Part shown: piece after piece, positions 9,913-18,812 of the stretch
How positions within the stretch are numbered: position 1 is the stretch's first letter
Layout: each line of letters starts with the position of its first letter
Source of the DNA: Candidatus Latescibacterota bacterium
GTDB lineage: Bacteria > Latescibacterota > UBA2968 > GCA-2709665
Direction of reading: 5' to 3'
Assembly: GCA_965208835.1 (NCBI GenBank)
Contig: OZ242358.1
Location: 4,512,001 to 4,576,000 of the forward strand
Length of the DNA: 64,000 nt
The notes under the pieces: generated by a model
Seen by the model: the letters and a program-made list of their open reading frames with translations, nothing else
Told to the model about the DNA's origin: nothing
The model's database searches: none
Program-made: the position numbers and the translations under genes

Positions 9913-11238
9913 ATGGATGAGACTACGTCTGGAAGCGGTCCTGCGCTCGAGGAACGATATCGGGCGGCGAGCCCGCGTTCCCGGGCGGCATTCAATCGTG
10001 CCAATGCGGTGATGCCCGGCGGCGTGAAAGGGGCGTACTTCTACCAGCCCTATCCGCTGACCATTGAGCGCGGCGATGGCTGTTACGTGTACGACCTGGA
10101 CGGCCGCAAGCTGGTGGATTTCAACAACCACCATACGGCGCAGATCCTGGGCCACAACCATCCGGCGGTCGTTGCCGCCGTACGAGAGCAGGTTTCCAGG
10201 GGGATTGCGTTGAGCGCGCCCGCGGGCGTGGAGGCGGGACTGGCTGAAGCAATGTGCGGCCGGGTAAAGACCGTGGAGAAGATCCGGTTCTGCAATTCCG
10301 GCACGGAAGCCACCCTGCACGCCATTCGACTGGCGCGAGGCGTCACCGGAAGGACGAAGATCGCCAAATTCGAGGGTGGATACCACGGCAGCCACGACGT
10401 GGTGGAGGTGAGCGTGGCGCCGCCGCTGGAGAAGGCGGGGCCCGCGTCGGCGCCGCGTTCGGTTTCCACGGCGGGCGGCGCTTCGCCGAATGCCGCCGGC
10501 GAAGTGGTGGTCCTGCCGTATAATGACGAAGACGCTATTGAGCGATTGCTGGCGCGGTATCGACGCGAACTGGCGTGCGTGATATTCGACCCACGGGCGG
10601 GCATATTGTCCCAACGCGCGGAGTTCGCGCAGTTCGTATGCGACATGGCGCGGAGGCACGACGTACCCGTGATATTCGACGAGATCGTTGGATTCCGGTT
10701 CGGTACCGGGGGTCTTCAGGAGCACTATGGCATCGAGCCGGATCTGACGACGTTCGGAAAGGTCATCGGGGGCGGATTTCCGGTGGGCGCCTTCGGAGGC
10801 CGGGCCGACCTGATGGATCGCTTCGACTCCTCCCGGGGGCCGACAGGCTTCTTTCAGAGCGGGACGTTCAGCGGGCATCCCGTGGCCATGGCCGCGGGTC
10901 TGGCGACCCTGAAGCAGTTGACGCCGGACGTGTTCGCGCACCTCAACCGGCTGGGAAAACGGCTCAGGGACGGGTTGAACCGGCTGTTTTCAGAACGTGA
11001 AGTCGATGCCACGGCCGTAGGCGTGGGATCGTTGTTCAGCATCCACTTTTCGGGCGAAGAAATGCTGAACTACCGACATCTGGCGCGAACCGACAGTGCG
11101 GCGGCGCACCGGATGCTGCTCGGACTGATCGAACGGGGATATTTCCTGGGTAACGGGCTGTTGATGTGCGCCATCTCCGCGCCGATGGACGAAAGTCACG
11201 TGGACGGATTGATCGATGCTGTCGAGGGAGCGATTTAA
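9913..11238 (+). CDS. Class III aminotransferase (glutamate-1-semialdehyde aminomutase-like)
   Basis: NSGTEA, FEGGYHG, FDEIVGFR, TFGKVIGGGFPVG, GTFSGHP. Confidence 0.9.
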   Translation: MDETTSGSGPALEERYRAASPRSRAAFNRANAVMPGGVKGAYFYQPYPLTIERGDGCYVYDLDGRKLVDFNNHHTAQILGHNHPAVVAAVREQVSRGIALSAPAGVEAGLAEAMCGRVKTVEKIRFCNSGTEATLHAIRLARGVTGRTKIAKFEGGYHGSHDVVEVSVAPPLEKAGPASAPRSVSTAGGASPNAAGEVVVLPYNDEDAIERLLARYRRELACVIFDPRAGILSQRAEFAQFVCDMARRHDVPVIFDEIVGFRFGTGGLQEHYGIEPDLTTFGKVIGGGFPVGAFGGRADLMDRFDSSRGPTGFFQSGTFSGHPVAMAAGLATLKQLTPDVFAHLNRLGKRLRDGLNRLFSEREVDATAVGVGSLFSIHFSGEEMLNYRHLARTDSAAAHRMLLGLIERGYFLGNGLLMCAISAPMDESHVDGLIDAVEGAI

Positions 11239-11257
11239 AGTCGCTAATCGTCTCTGA

Positions 11258-11418
11258 CTATTGTGGCTTCGTGTTCTTCAGCAGCGACCCTGCAGAGCAA
11301 AAAAGATCATACTTACCCTTTCAATGAAACAATCACTCCCCCCTTGAGGGGGAGTCGCAGAAGCCGAGCCGTTCCCTGAGCTTGTCGAAGGGCCGGCGAT
11401 GGCTGATGCGGTGGGGGG
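11258..11418 (+). repeat. Composite REP-like element (ACTCCCCC-CTTGA-GGGGGAGT palindrome plus a partial CCCTGAGCTTGTCGAAGGG unit)
   Basis: 8-bp-stem palindrome at 11335-11355; similar to 20970-21196. Confidence 0.7.
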
Positions 11419-11611
11419 ACTTCAATGCCCTACTGTATGTATGCATCTTGGCATTGTACACTCTCATTCTGCGTTGACGCCTTATTGTAAGACTCGCAGC
11501 CAGGTTTATATACCCTTGCCCCACCGGCCTGGAGGCTTTTCTGGTGACTTATATTCACGCGGTCGTCCGCGGCATGCCGCATAAGAGGTGTTGATTCGGG
11601 AGGACAATCAG

Positions 11612-12379
11612 ATGCGATACATCGACACACACGCCCACCTGGGGCCGTGGTTCGACGAAATCACGACATTTTCAGCCGAGGGCTTCGTGGCCATGCAGGA
11701 ACGGGCGGGAATCGAGCGAACCGTGGTGACATCCGGGTCCGCCCTGTTTACAGAATTGATATATGGCAACGAATGGACCATACAGCAGGCCGAGAAACTG
11801 GATCATCTGCTCGTCTGGCTGGTGTTGAATCCGTTGAAAATGAGCGAGTCGCTGGCGTTGCTGGACCGTTTCAAGGATCATCCCAAGGTCGCGGGCTTCA
11901 AGATCCACCCGGTACAGCACAAGTATCCGGCGGACATCAAGCCCACCTTCCGGCTCTTCGAAAAGCTGGAGCCGCTCGGGCTTCCGGTGCTTTCGCATGG
12001 AGAGAACGAATCGTACGCGGCGCCTGCCCGGCTGCGGCGGGTGGCCGAAGCCTTTCCGACCGTGACAGTTATTACGGCGCATTTTGGCGCGGGACAGCCA
12101 GGCCAGACGTACGAGGCAATTGATGCGCTCCAGGATTGCAAAACGGGCAACCTTTACACGGATATGGGTACGGCAAGGGCAATCCGCACAGGCATGATCG
12201 GGCTGGTGGTGCGCGAAGTCGGGGCGGACCGGGTGTTGTTCGGTACGGATTCGCCTCTGTACGAGCCGATGGCGTTCCCCGCGCTGCTGGCGGCGGCGAA
12301 TATTACGGACGACGAACGGGAACAGATCGCCTGGAGGAACGCGGAGCGGCTCGTGCTCGCGCCGAAGGGATTGTCATAG
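11612..12379 (+). CDS. Amidohydrolase_2 family metal-dependent hydrolase
   Basis: IDTHAH, GFKIHP, AHFG and LFGTDSP motifs; GGAGG RBS. Confidence 0.9.
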   Translation: MRYIDTHAHLGPWFDEITTFSAEGFVAMQERAGIERTVVTSGSALFTELIYGNEWTIQQAEKLDHLLVWLVLNPLKMSESLALLDRFKDHPKVAGFKIHPVQHKYPADIKPTFRLFEKLEPLGLPVLSHGENESYAAPARLRRVAEAFPTVTVITAHFGAGQPGQTYEAIDALQDCKTGNLYTDMGTARAIRTGMIGLVVREVGADRVLFGTDSPLYEPMAFPALLAAANITDDEREQIAWRNAERLVLAPKGLS

Positions 12380-12424
12380 AAACTTCCGATGTTGTTGAGT
12401 CAGTGCGTCAGGGGGAATCGATAG

Positions 12425-13777
12425 ATGAAACTGGATGGTCGCCGGCGGCGACTGCTTGAAAGGACGTTCCTGGACTATCAGCAGACGTCGGCTTTCATGG
12501 AACATCCGTTTATCGTTAAGAGAGCGCAAGGACTTCACTATTGGGATACGGACGGCACGCGTTATTTCGACGGGATCGGCGGCATCTTCGTGGCTTCGCT
12601 CGGACACGGGCACCCCAGGGTTCTGGAGGCGATGCGAAGGCAGGCGGAAACGCTGGGGTTCTCCCCGCCAATGCACGGGCTTTCGGACGTGGCGCTGGAC
12701 TTCGTCGAGAAGCTGAGCGAGGTGACGCCCGAGAATCTGAATTTCATCAAATCCTACAGCGGCGGGTCCGAAGCGGTCGAATCCGCATTGAAGTTCACCC
12801 GGCAGTATTTCAGGCAGAGCGGCCACCCGGGCAAGTACAAATTCGTCAGCCGTTATTTCGGGTATCACGGCGCCACGTTCGGCGCGATGGCGGCCAGCGG
12901 GACGGGAAAACGCAAGACGCCGTTCGAACCCCAGGCGGGCGGATTCCTGAAGGTTTTCCCGCCTACGTATTACAGAGACCGTTTTGCTTCCTGGGAGGAA
13001 TGCAACCGTTTCTGCGCACAGATGTTCGAGGACGTGATCGTCAGCGAAGACCCGGATACGGTGGCGGGCGTCATCCTGGAGCCGATAGGCAACACCGGCG
13101 GAATTATCACACCCACCGAGGAATATTTCCGGATGATCCGCGACATTTGCGACCGTTACAACGTGATGTTGATCTTCGATGAGATCATTACGGGGTTCGG
13201 CAAGACCGGCTCGATGTTCGCCGCCCAGACGTTCGGGGTCACTCCGGATATCATCTGCGCGGGCAAGGGGATCTCGAGCGGGGCGTATCCGGTGGGCGCG
13301 ATGATGGCGCGGGAGGATATGGGAAACGTCTTTCTCGGTCCGGTGGAGGCCGACGTCAATTTTGCACACGGACATACGTTCGCGGCCAATCCGGTCGCGT
13401 GCGCGGTGGGCATGGCCGTGATCGACGAAATCGTCGAACAGGAGCTGGACCGCAAGGCGGGGGAACTCGGCCGCTATTTGGCATCGAAGCTTGAAGGATT
13501 GAAGGACCTGGGCGTGGTGCGGGAAGTGCGGGGCCGCGGGCTGCTGCAGGGCGTGGAACTGGTGAGGGATACGAAGTCGATGGCCCTGTTTCCGGAACTG
13601 GGGCGGGCGCTGAAGCGGACTTCACTGGAGAACGGGCTGCTGATTCGCATCGATCCCGCGTGGTTCGCTGTTAGCCCGGCGTTGATCGTACAGCGGGAGG
13701 ACATCGACGAGTTGTGCGATCTGGTGAGGAAGAGCCTGGTCGACGCGCTGGAGCAGGTTGATTCGCAGTATAGCTAG
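12425..13777 (+). CDS. Class III aminotransferase (omega-amino acid/BioA-like)
   Basis: GGSEAVESA, GYHGAT, IFDEIITGFGKTG, AGKGISSG, HGHTFAANP. Confidence 0.92.
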   Translation: MKLDGRRRRLLERTFLDYQQTSAFMEHPFIVKRAQGLHYWDTDGTRYFDGIGGIFVASLGHGHPRVLEAMRRQAETLGFSPPMHGLSDVALDFVEKLSEVTPENLNFIKSYSGGSEAVESALKFTRQYFRQSGHPGKYKFVSRYFGYHGATFGAMAASGTGKRKTPFEPQAGGFLKVFPPTYYRDRFASWEECNRFCAQMFEDVIVSEDPDTVAGVILEPIGNTGGIITPTEEYFRMIRDICDRYNVMLIFDEIITGFGKTGSMFAAQTFGVTPDIICAGKGISSGAYPVGAMMAREDMGNVFLGPVEADVNFAHGHTFAANPVACAVGMAVIDEIVEQELDRKAGELGRYLASKLEGLKDLGVVREVRGRGLLQGVELVRDTKSMALFPELGRALKRTSLENGLLIRIDPAWFAVSPALIVQREDIDELCDLVRKSLVDALEQVDSQYS

Positions 13778-13799
13778 AACCCCTCAAAGGGAGGCGGAA

Positions 13800-14465
13800 A
13801 TGACGGCAATGAGAATGACGGTACTCTTGTGTTTCCTGCTGCTGGCAACGCCGCAGATCGTAAGCGCCGGCGAAATGGAAAGACGGTCCCGTATCGAGCT
13901 CAGGATGGGACTGCGTAATCACGGGGGAACGACCGGCGCGGCAACGCGGATCGGTCCGCTGGGGGTGGAAACGACCGCTGGAGCGGACGATGTATTCTTC
14001 TCGCTGGGTTACTCGCGCTGGATGAAGGAGAACGTCGCCGGCCAGGCCACGGTTGGCGTCCTGTCGGTCGAGGCGAGTTCACGCGCTGGGCCCTTGGGCG
14101 TCTCCCAGCAGGCGGCGGTCATCTGCCCCATGATCGTCGGCATGAGATATTATCCGCACAAGGGTTCGCTCGACACCGCGTTCAGGCCCTTTCTGACCGC
14201 GGGTATAGGACTCATCACCGGGTTTCAGTCCAGGAACGACGTCGGGCTACACGTGGTACAGGAATCCGGCGCGATGACGACATTCGGAAGCCGGGCGGGC
14301 GTGGGGTTTGATCTCGGTATGGGTCGATCCTTTGTAGCGATTGCAGACCTGGGATATAGCCTGATGACGGATTTTTCAGACGAGATAGGCGGCCGGCGCA
14401 ACTACAGCGGACTTGAATTCGGCCTGGGCATCGGCTGGCAGTTCGGCGGGAGCGCCGCACAATAG
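13800..14465 (+). CDS. Outer-membrane beta-barrel protein (OmpA/OmpW-like)
   Basis: Signal peptide, alternating beta strands, terminal LGIGWQF. Confidence 0.75.
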   Translation: MTAMRMTVLLCFLLLATPQIVSAGEMERRSRIELRMGLRNHGGTTGAATRIGPLGVETTAGADDVFFSLGYSRWMKENVAGQATVGVLSVEASSRAGPLGVSQQAAVICPMIVGMRYYPHKGSLDTAFRPFLTAGIGLITGFQSRNDVGLHVVQESGAMTTFGSRAGVGFDLGMGRSFVAIADLGYSLMTDFSDEIGGRRNYSGLEFGLGIGWQFGGSAAQ

Positions 14466-14503
14466 GCACGACCTGAGCAGGCCCGCAAATGCAGGAGGTT
14501 GCG

Positions 14504-15604
14504 ATGGCGAAGTACAAAGTGGCGATCATTGGCACCGGCCGGGTGGGGTACCAGTTCAGTTTCGGCGACCTGCCGGACAACCACGCCGATGCCCTCAGCC
14601 AACATCCGGATTGTGAACTCGTGGCGGGTGTGAACCGGGGTCGTGAAAAGCTGGAGGTCTTCGGGCAGCGATACGGGATCGACGCACTGTATCACGACTA
14701 CCGGCGAATGCTGGACGCAGTCAGGCCCGATATCTGCATTGTGGCCACCCATCCGGAACTGCATTGCGAAATGGTGGAAACATGCGCCGCGGCGCCCGCG
14801 ACGAAAGCGATCATCTGCGAAAAGCCGATGGCGCTGTCCCTGGAGGAATGCGACCGGATGATCGCCGCCTGCGACAACGCGGGCATCCTGCTGCAGGTCA
14901 ATCACAACCGCAGGTGGTCTCCGGAGTGGAACCTGGGACTGCGGCTGCTTCGGGAAGGCGCGATCGGAGAGCTGAACCACGTCTATTGTTACATGGACGG
15001 GGGCAAACCTGACCCCTCGTGGCGAAGCGAGAACGAAGGGCCGTTTCTGCACGACTTTACACACTACTTTGACCTGATGGATATGTACGCCGGGGAGGTG
15101 GCCTGGATGTGCGGGATAGCGGAGCAACGGATGCGTCCCTGGGCAGTGGAGGACTTCGGCGCGGCCATCGTGAAATTCAGGAACGGTTCGACGGGTCTGG
15201 TCCACGGCGCCGAATTGACATCCTATACCGACAATGCGTTCGAGTTGCGCGGCACCGAGGGCGTCATCCGTTTTCTGGGAGAACGGGTCCATCTCTATTG
15301 CGCGGTTGAGGATGACTACGAACCGGACAGCGGGTTTCAGTGGCATGCCCTGCAGCACACGCCCGTCGACCACCCGTCGCCCGCGTCCACATATGTCGTC
15401 GCGCTGAACGAGCTGGTCGAAGCGCTGGAAGGCCGCGGGGAATTGCGCAGCGACGGACGGGTGGGGCTGCGATCACTGGAGATGGTGATGGCGATCTACC
15501 AGTCCCAGCTCACGGGGAACCGTCCGGTCGATTTCCCGCTCGAAGCGCGCGGTTCGGGCGTGGCGGCCCTGCGGGACGCGGGACAGTTTGTCGATCGGAA
15601 TTGA
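14504..15604 (+). CDS. Gfo/Idh/MocA oxidoreductase
   Basis: IIGTGRVG, CEKPMA, NHNRRW, HYFDL. Confidence 0.92.
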   Translation: MAKYKVAIIGTGRVGYQFSFGDLPDNHADALSQHPDCELVAGVNRGREKLEVFGQRYGIDALYHDYRRMLDAVRPDICIVATHPELHCEMVETCAAAPATKAIICEKPMALSLEECDRMIAACDNAGILLQVNHNRRWSPEWNLGLRLLREGAIGELNHVYCYMDGGKPDPSWRSENEGPFLHDFTHYFDLMDMYAGEVAWMCGIAEQRMRPWAVEDFGAAIVKFRNGSTGLVHGAELTSYTDNAFELRGTEGVIRFLGERVHLYCAVEDDYEPDSGFQWHALQHTPVDHPSPASTYVVALNELVEALEGRGELRSDGRVGLRSLEMVMAIYQSQLTGNRPVDFPLEARGSGVAALRDAGQFVDRN

Positions 15605-15631
15605 ACATCAAACGGTAAGAAGAGGATTGCA

Positions 15632-17449
15632 ATGGCGGAGACCGAAGCGCGGGGGTCGTGGATCGAGTACGATGTGATCGTCCGAAGAAACGTGATGGTC
15701 CCCATGCGGGACGGCGTGAAGCTGGCGACGGACCTGTATTTCCCAGCGAAGCACGGGGAGATTGTGCAGGGCGCGTTTCCCGCGGTAATCGAGCGCACGC
15801 CGTACGATAAAGAATCCAAATTCAGTGAAGGCCGGTATCTCGCGCGGCGCGGGTACGTGGCCGTGCGCCAGGACGTCCGGGGGCGTTTCGAGTCGGAAGG
15901 CGTGTGGCATCCGTTCGCAAAGGAAGCGCCGGACGGGTACGATACCGTAGAATGGGTTGCCGCACAGCCATGGTGCGACGGAAACGTGGGGACAATGGGC
16001 GGGTCCTACTGTGGAAGCGACCAGAGCGCGCTGGCCACGCTGAATCCACCCCACCTGAAGGCGATGGTTGTCGCGGTGGGTACGTCGAACTATCACACCA
16101 GTTCGATGCGGCAGAACGGCGCCCTGGAATTGCGGTTCATGATCTATGCGTTCAGGATGGCGACGACAAGCAGGGAAGCGCTCGCCGACGCAACGCTGAA
16201 GGCTGCGCTGGACGCGGACTTCGCGAGGGTGGGCGAATGGCTGACGAGGACGCCCTACAGGAAAGGGTCTTCCGCCCTGCGGTTTCTGCCCTCCTATGAA
16301 CAGTGGGTGCTGGATCTTCTGGGAGAAGGAGACTTCAACGAATATTGGAAGCAGCGGGGATATGCGATCGACCACTACTACGACGAGCACGCGGACGTGC
16401 CCACGATTTATCTGGGCGGGTGGTACGACACCTACACCCGGGGAACCACGGCGAACTACGTGGCGCTTTCCAAACGGATGGAATCCCCGCAGCAGCTGCT
16501 GATGGGCCCGTGGACTCACGGCGGCTGGGGGAACTCGTTCGCGGGAGACGTGGATTTCGGTCAGGAATCCGTCCTGGACGATTACGACGGATACCGGCTG
16601 CGCTGGTTCGACAGGTGGTTGAAGGGCATTGACAACGGCGTCGACCGCGAAAAGCCGGTACGGATCTTCGTGATGGGCGGCGGCGACGGCCGCAGGAACC
16701 GGGAGGGGCGACTGAACTACATGGGCGTCTGGCGCGACGTGGAGGACTGGCCGCTTCACGGGACGCGGTTTACGCCGTACTATCTGCACCAGGACGGCAG
16801 CATCGGAGAAGACTTGCCTGAACCTTCCGATCCGAGCCGGTACACGTTCGATCCAAGGGATCCGGTTCCCACGGTCGGCGGCAATCTGTCCGCGGGGGAT
16901 CCGATTCTCGTTGCAGGCGCGTACGACCAGCGAGGCGATTCACGCTTCTACGGATGCACGGACAACCTGCCGCTGTCGGCGCGGAGCGACGTCCTCGTCT
17001 TTCAGACGCCCGAATTGAAGGAGCCCCTGGAAGTCACGGGACCGCTGACGATGAAACTGTGGGCGTCTTCCTCTGCGAAGGACACGGACTTTACGGTAAA
17101 ACTGATCGACGTGCATCCCCCGAACGAGGATTATTCCGATGGCTTCGCCCAGATTATAACGGACAGCATCGTCAGGGGACGTTACCGGAACTCGCGGGAT
17201 ACACCGGAATTGATGTCGCCGGGAGAAATCCATGAACTGGAAATAGTAATGTATCCGACCTCCACCGTATTCGGCGTGGGGCACCGCATCAGGGTGGATG
17301 TCTCCAGCAGCAATTTCCCCAGGTTCGACATCAATCCGAATACAGGAGGCCCATTGGGACGGGACCGCCGGGTTGTCCTCGCGGAAAACGCGGTGTTTCA
17401 CGATCCGGAACACCCTTCGCACATCGTCCTTCCCATCATCCCAGGGTAA
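15632..17449 (+). CDS. CocE/NonD family serine hydrolase
   Basis: MRDGVKLATD, RTPY, GGSY nucleophile, GGWYD, GPWTH, SSSNFPRF. Confidence 0.95.
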   Translation: MAETEARGSWIEYDVIVRRNVMVPMRDGVKLATDLYFPAKHGEIVQGAFPAVIERTPYDKESKFSEGRYLARRGYVAVRQDVRGRFESEGVWHPFAKEAPDGYDTVEWVAAQPWCDGNVGTMGGSYCGSDQSALATLNPPHLKAMVVAVGTSNYHTSSMRQNGALELRFMIYAFRMATTSREALADATLKAALDADFARVGEWLTRTPYRKGSSALRFLPSYEQWVLDLLGEGDFNEYWKQRGYAIDHYYDEHADVPTIYLGGWYDTYTRGTTANYVALSKRMESPQQLLMGPWTHGGWGNSFAGDVDFGQESVLDDYDGYRLRWFDRWLKGIDNGVDREKPVRIFVMGGGDGRRNREGRLNYMGVWRDVEDWPLHGTRFTPYYLHQDGSIGEDLPEPSDPSRYTFDPRDPVPTVGGNLSAGDPILVAGAYDQRGDSRFYGCTDNLPLSARSDVLVFQTPELKEPLEVTGPLTMKLWASSSAKDTDFTVKLIDVHPPNEDYSDGFAQIITDSIVRGRYRNSRDTPELMSPGEIHELEIVMYPTSTVFGVGHRIRVDVSSSNFPRFDINPNTGGPLGRDRRVVLAENAVFHDPEHPSHIVLPIIPG

Positions 17450-17669
17450 AAAAAGACAAGAGTCAAATTGGCCACAAAAGCGCAGCTAGTTCTGCTGTTG
17501 CGTCAATGCCTATTATTCGCGTCATCTCGCGTTATTCGTAGTTTGATGCCCTTCGGCTTCTTTCGTGGTTTTTCGTATTCTCGTATTCTCGCGCCGTTCA
17601 GCTTTTTTTCGCGGCATTTCGCGTTGTTCGTAGTTCATTTTTTCGGTTTTTGGACAGGCGTGCGGGCAG

Positions 17670-18608
17670 ATGGATGACGATTTCGAGATCAGGTACCGGG
17701 ATCGAAGAACGGAACGGACAATAACGGAGCCGCTGTCCTACGGGATTTTTCAACGGGTATTCCGGTCTTCGTTCGTGCTTGGACTCTTCCACCTCCTGCT
17801 GAACAATTCGGTCTTTTGCCGGTTCTATGGCTGGGTGCAGGCGCGGCCCGGAAGCCGCCGGAAGATTTCCCGTTTCGTGCGGGATTACGGCATCGACGTG
17901 GAAGAGATCGAGTTTCCCCCGGAGCGGTATCCGAACTTCAACTCGTTCTTCACCCGCCGCCTGAAACCCGGCGCCAGGCCGTTTGCCCCGGAATCCGACG
18001 CGTTATCCTGTCCCGCGGACGGCAAGGTGATGGTCTTTCAGCATCTCCTGGAGGGCGCCAGGATCCCGGTCAAGGGAGGGGCGGTTCCATTGGATCTCCT
18101 GCTGGATTCCGACGAGGAGGCGCGCCCCTATCTGCACGGTTCGGCGCTGGTGGTTCGACTCGCGCCGTACGACTATCACCGTTTTCACTTTCCGGATTCG
18201 GGAGTCGCCGGCCCGGCGCGCGTTGTTCGAGGCAGGTACTATATCGTCAACCCGCTGGGCCTCGCCAGGGTGCCCGGCGTATTCCGGCGGAACAGACGCG
18301 CGGTGACCAGGTTCGATTCGGACGGGTTCGGACGGATCGCTTATCTGGAAATAGGCGGCTTTGCGGTTGGGAGCATCGTTGAAACGTACACGCCGGGCCC
18401 GGTCGAACGGGGTCAGGAGAAGGGTTTTTTTCAGTTCGGCGGGTCCACGCTCGTGCTGCTGTTCGAGCCGGGAACGGTCGTTTTCGACAATGACCTGAAG
18501 GAAGAATCCGGACGCGGTATCGAAGTGCACGTGAGGGCGGGAAACCGAATCGGCAGACGAATTCAGGATCGGGGAGACAGAACGCGTCAGCCCGGAGCCG
18601 CTCCCTGA
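17670..18608 (+). CDS. psd: Phosphatidylserine decarboxylase proenzyme (GGST type)
   Basis: FNSFFTRRLK, PADGK, RLAPYDYHRFHFP, FQFGGST autocleavage motif. Confidence 0.92.
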   Translation: MDDDFEIRYRDRRTERTITEPLSYGIFQRVFRSSFVLGLFHLLLNNSVFCRFYGWVQARPGSRRKISRFVRDYGIDVEEIEFPPERYPNFNSFFTRRLKPGARPFAPESDALSCPADGKVMVFQHLLEGARIPVKGGAVPLDLLLDSDEEARPYLHGSALVVRLAPYDYHRFHFPDSGVAGPARVVRGRYYIVNPLGLARVPGVFRRNRRAVTRFDSDGFGRIAYLEIGGFAVGSIVETYTPGPVERGQEKGFFQFGGSTLVLLFEPGTVVFDNDLKEESGRGIEVHVRAGNRIGRRIQDRGDRTRQPGAAP

Positions 18609-18697
18609 GCTTGTCGAAGGGTCGGCGAAGGGATGTCGATTGGCCCCTCAGGGATAGTGAAACGCGGGCATTTCGACAAGTTCAATGACCACGTTTC
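18595..18697 (+). repeat. REPIN-like doublet
   Basis: TGAGCTTGTCGAA ... TTCGACAAGTTCA inverted pair; homologs at 21101-21196 and 59081-59166. Confidence 0.8.
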
Positions 18698-18716
18698 ATG
18701 CAAACGGGATGAATAG

Positions 18717-18751
18717 GCCTGCCTGCAGCGCAGGGCACTGCGCAGGCAGGC
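18717..18751. terminator. Hairpin between convergent genes
   Basis: GCCTGCCTGC / GCAGGCAGGC 10-bp inverted repeat; no U-tract. Confidence 0.4.
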
Positions 18752-18812
18752 GGGAGAATGCTGAGAGACTTCTGGGACAGGATACCAGAGCGGGGTAAGG
18801 CGCAATCCGGCC

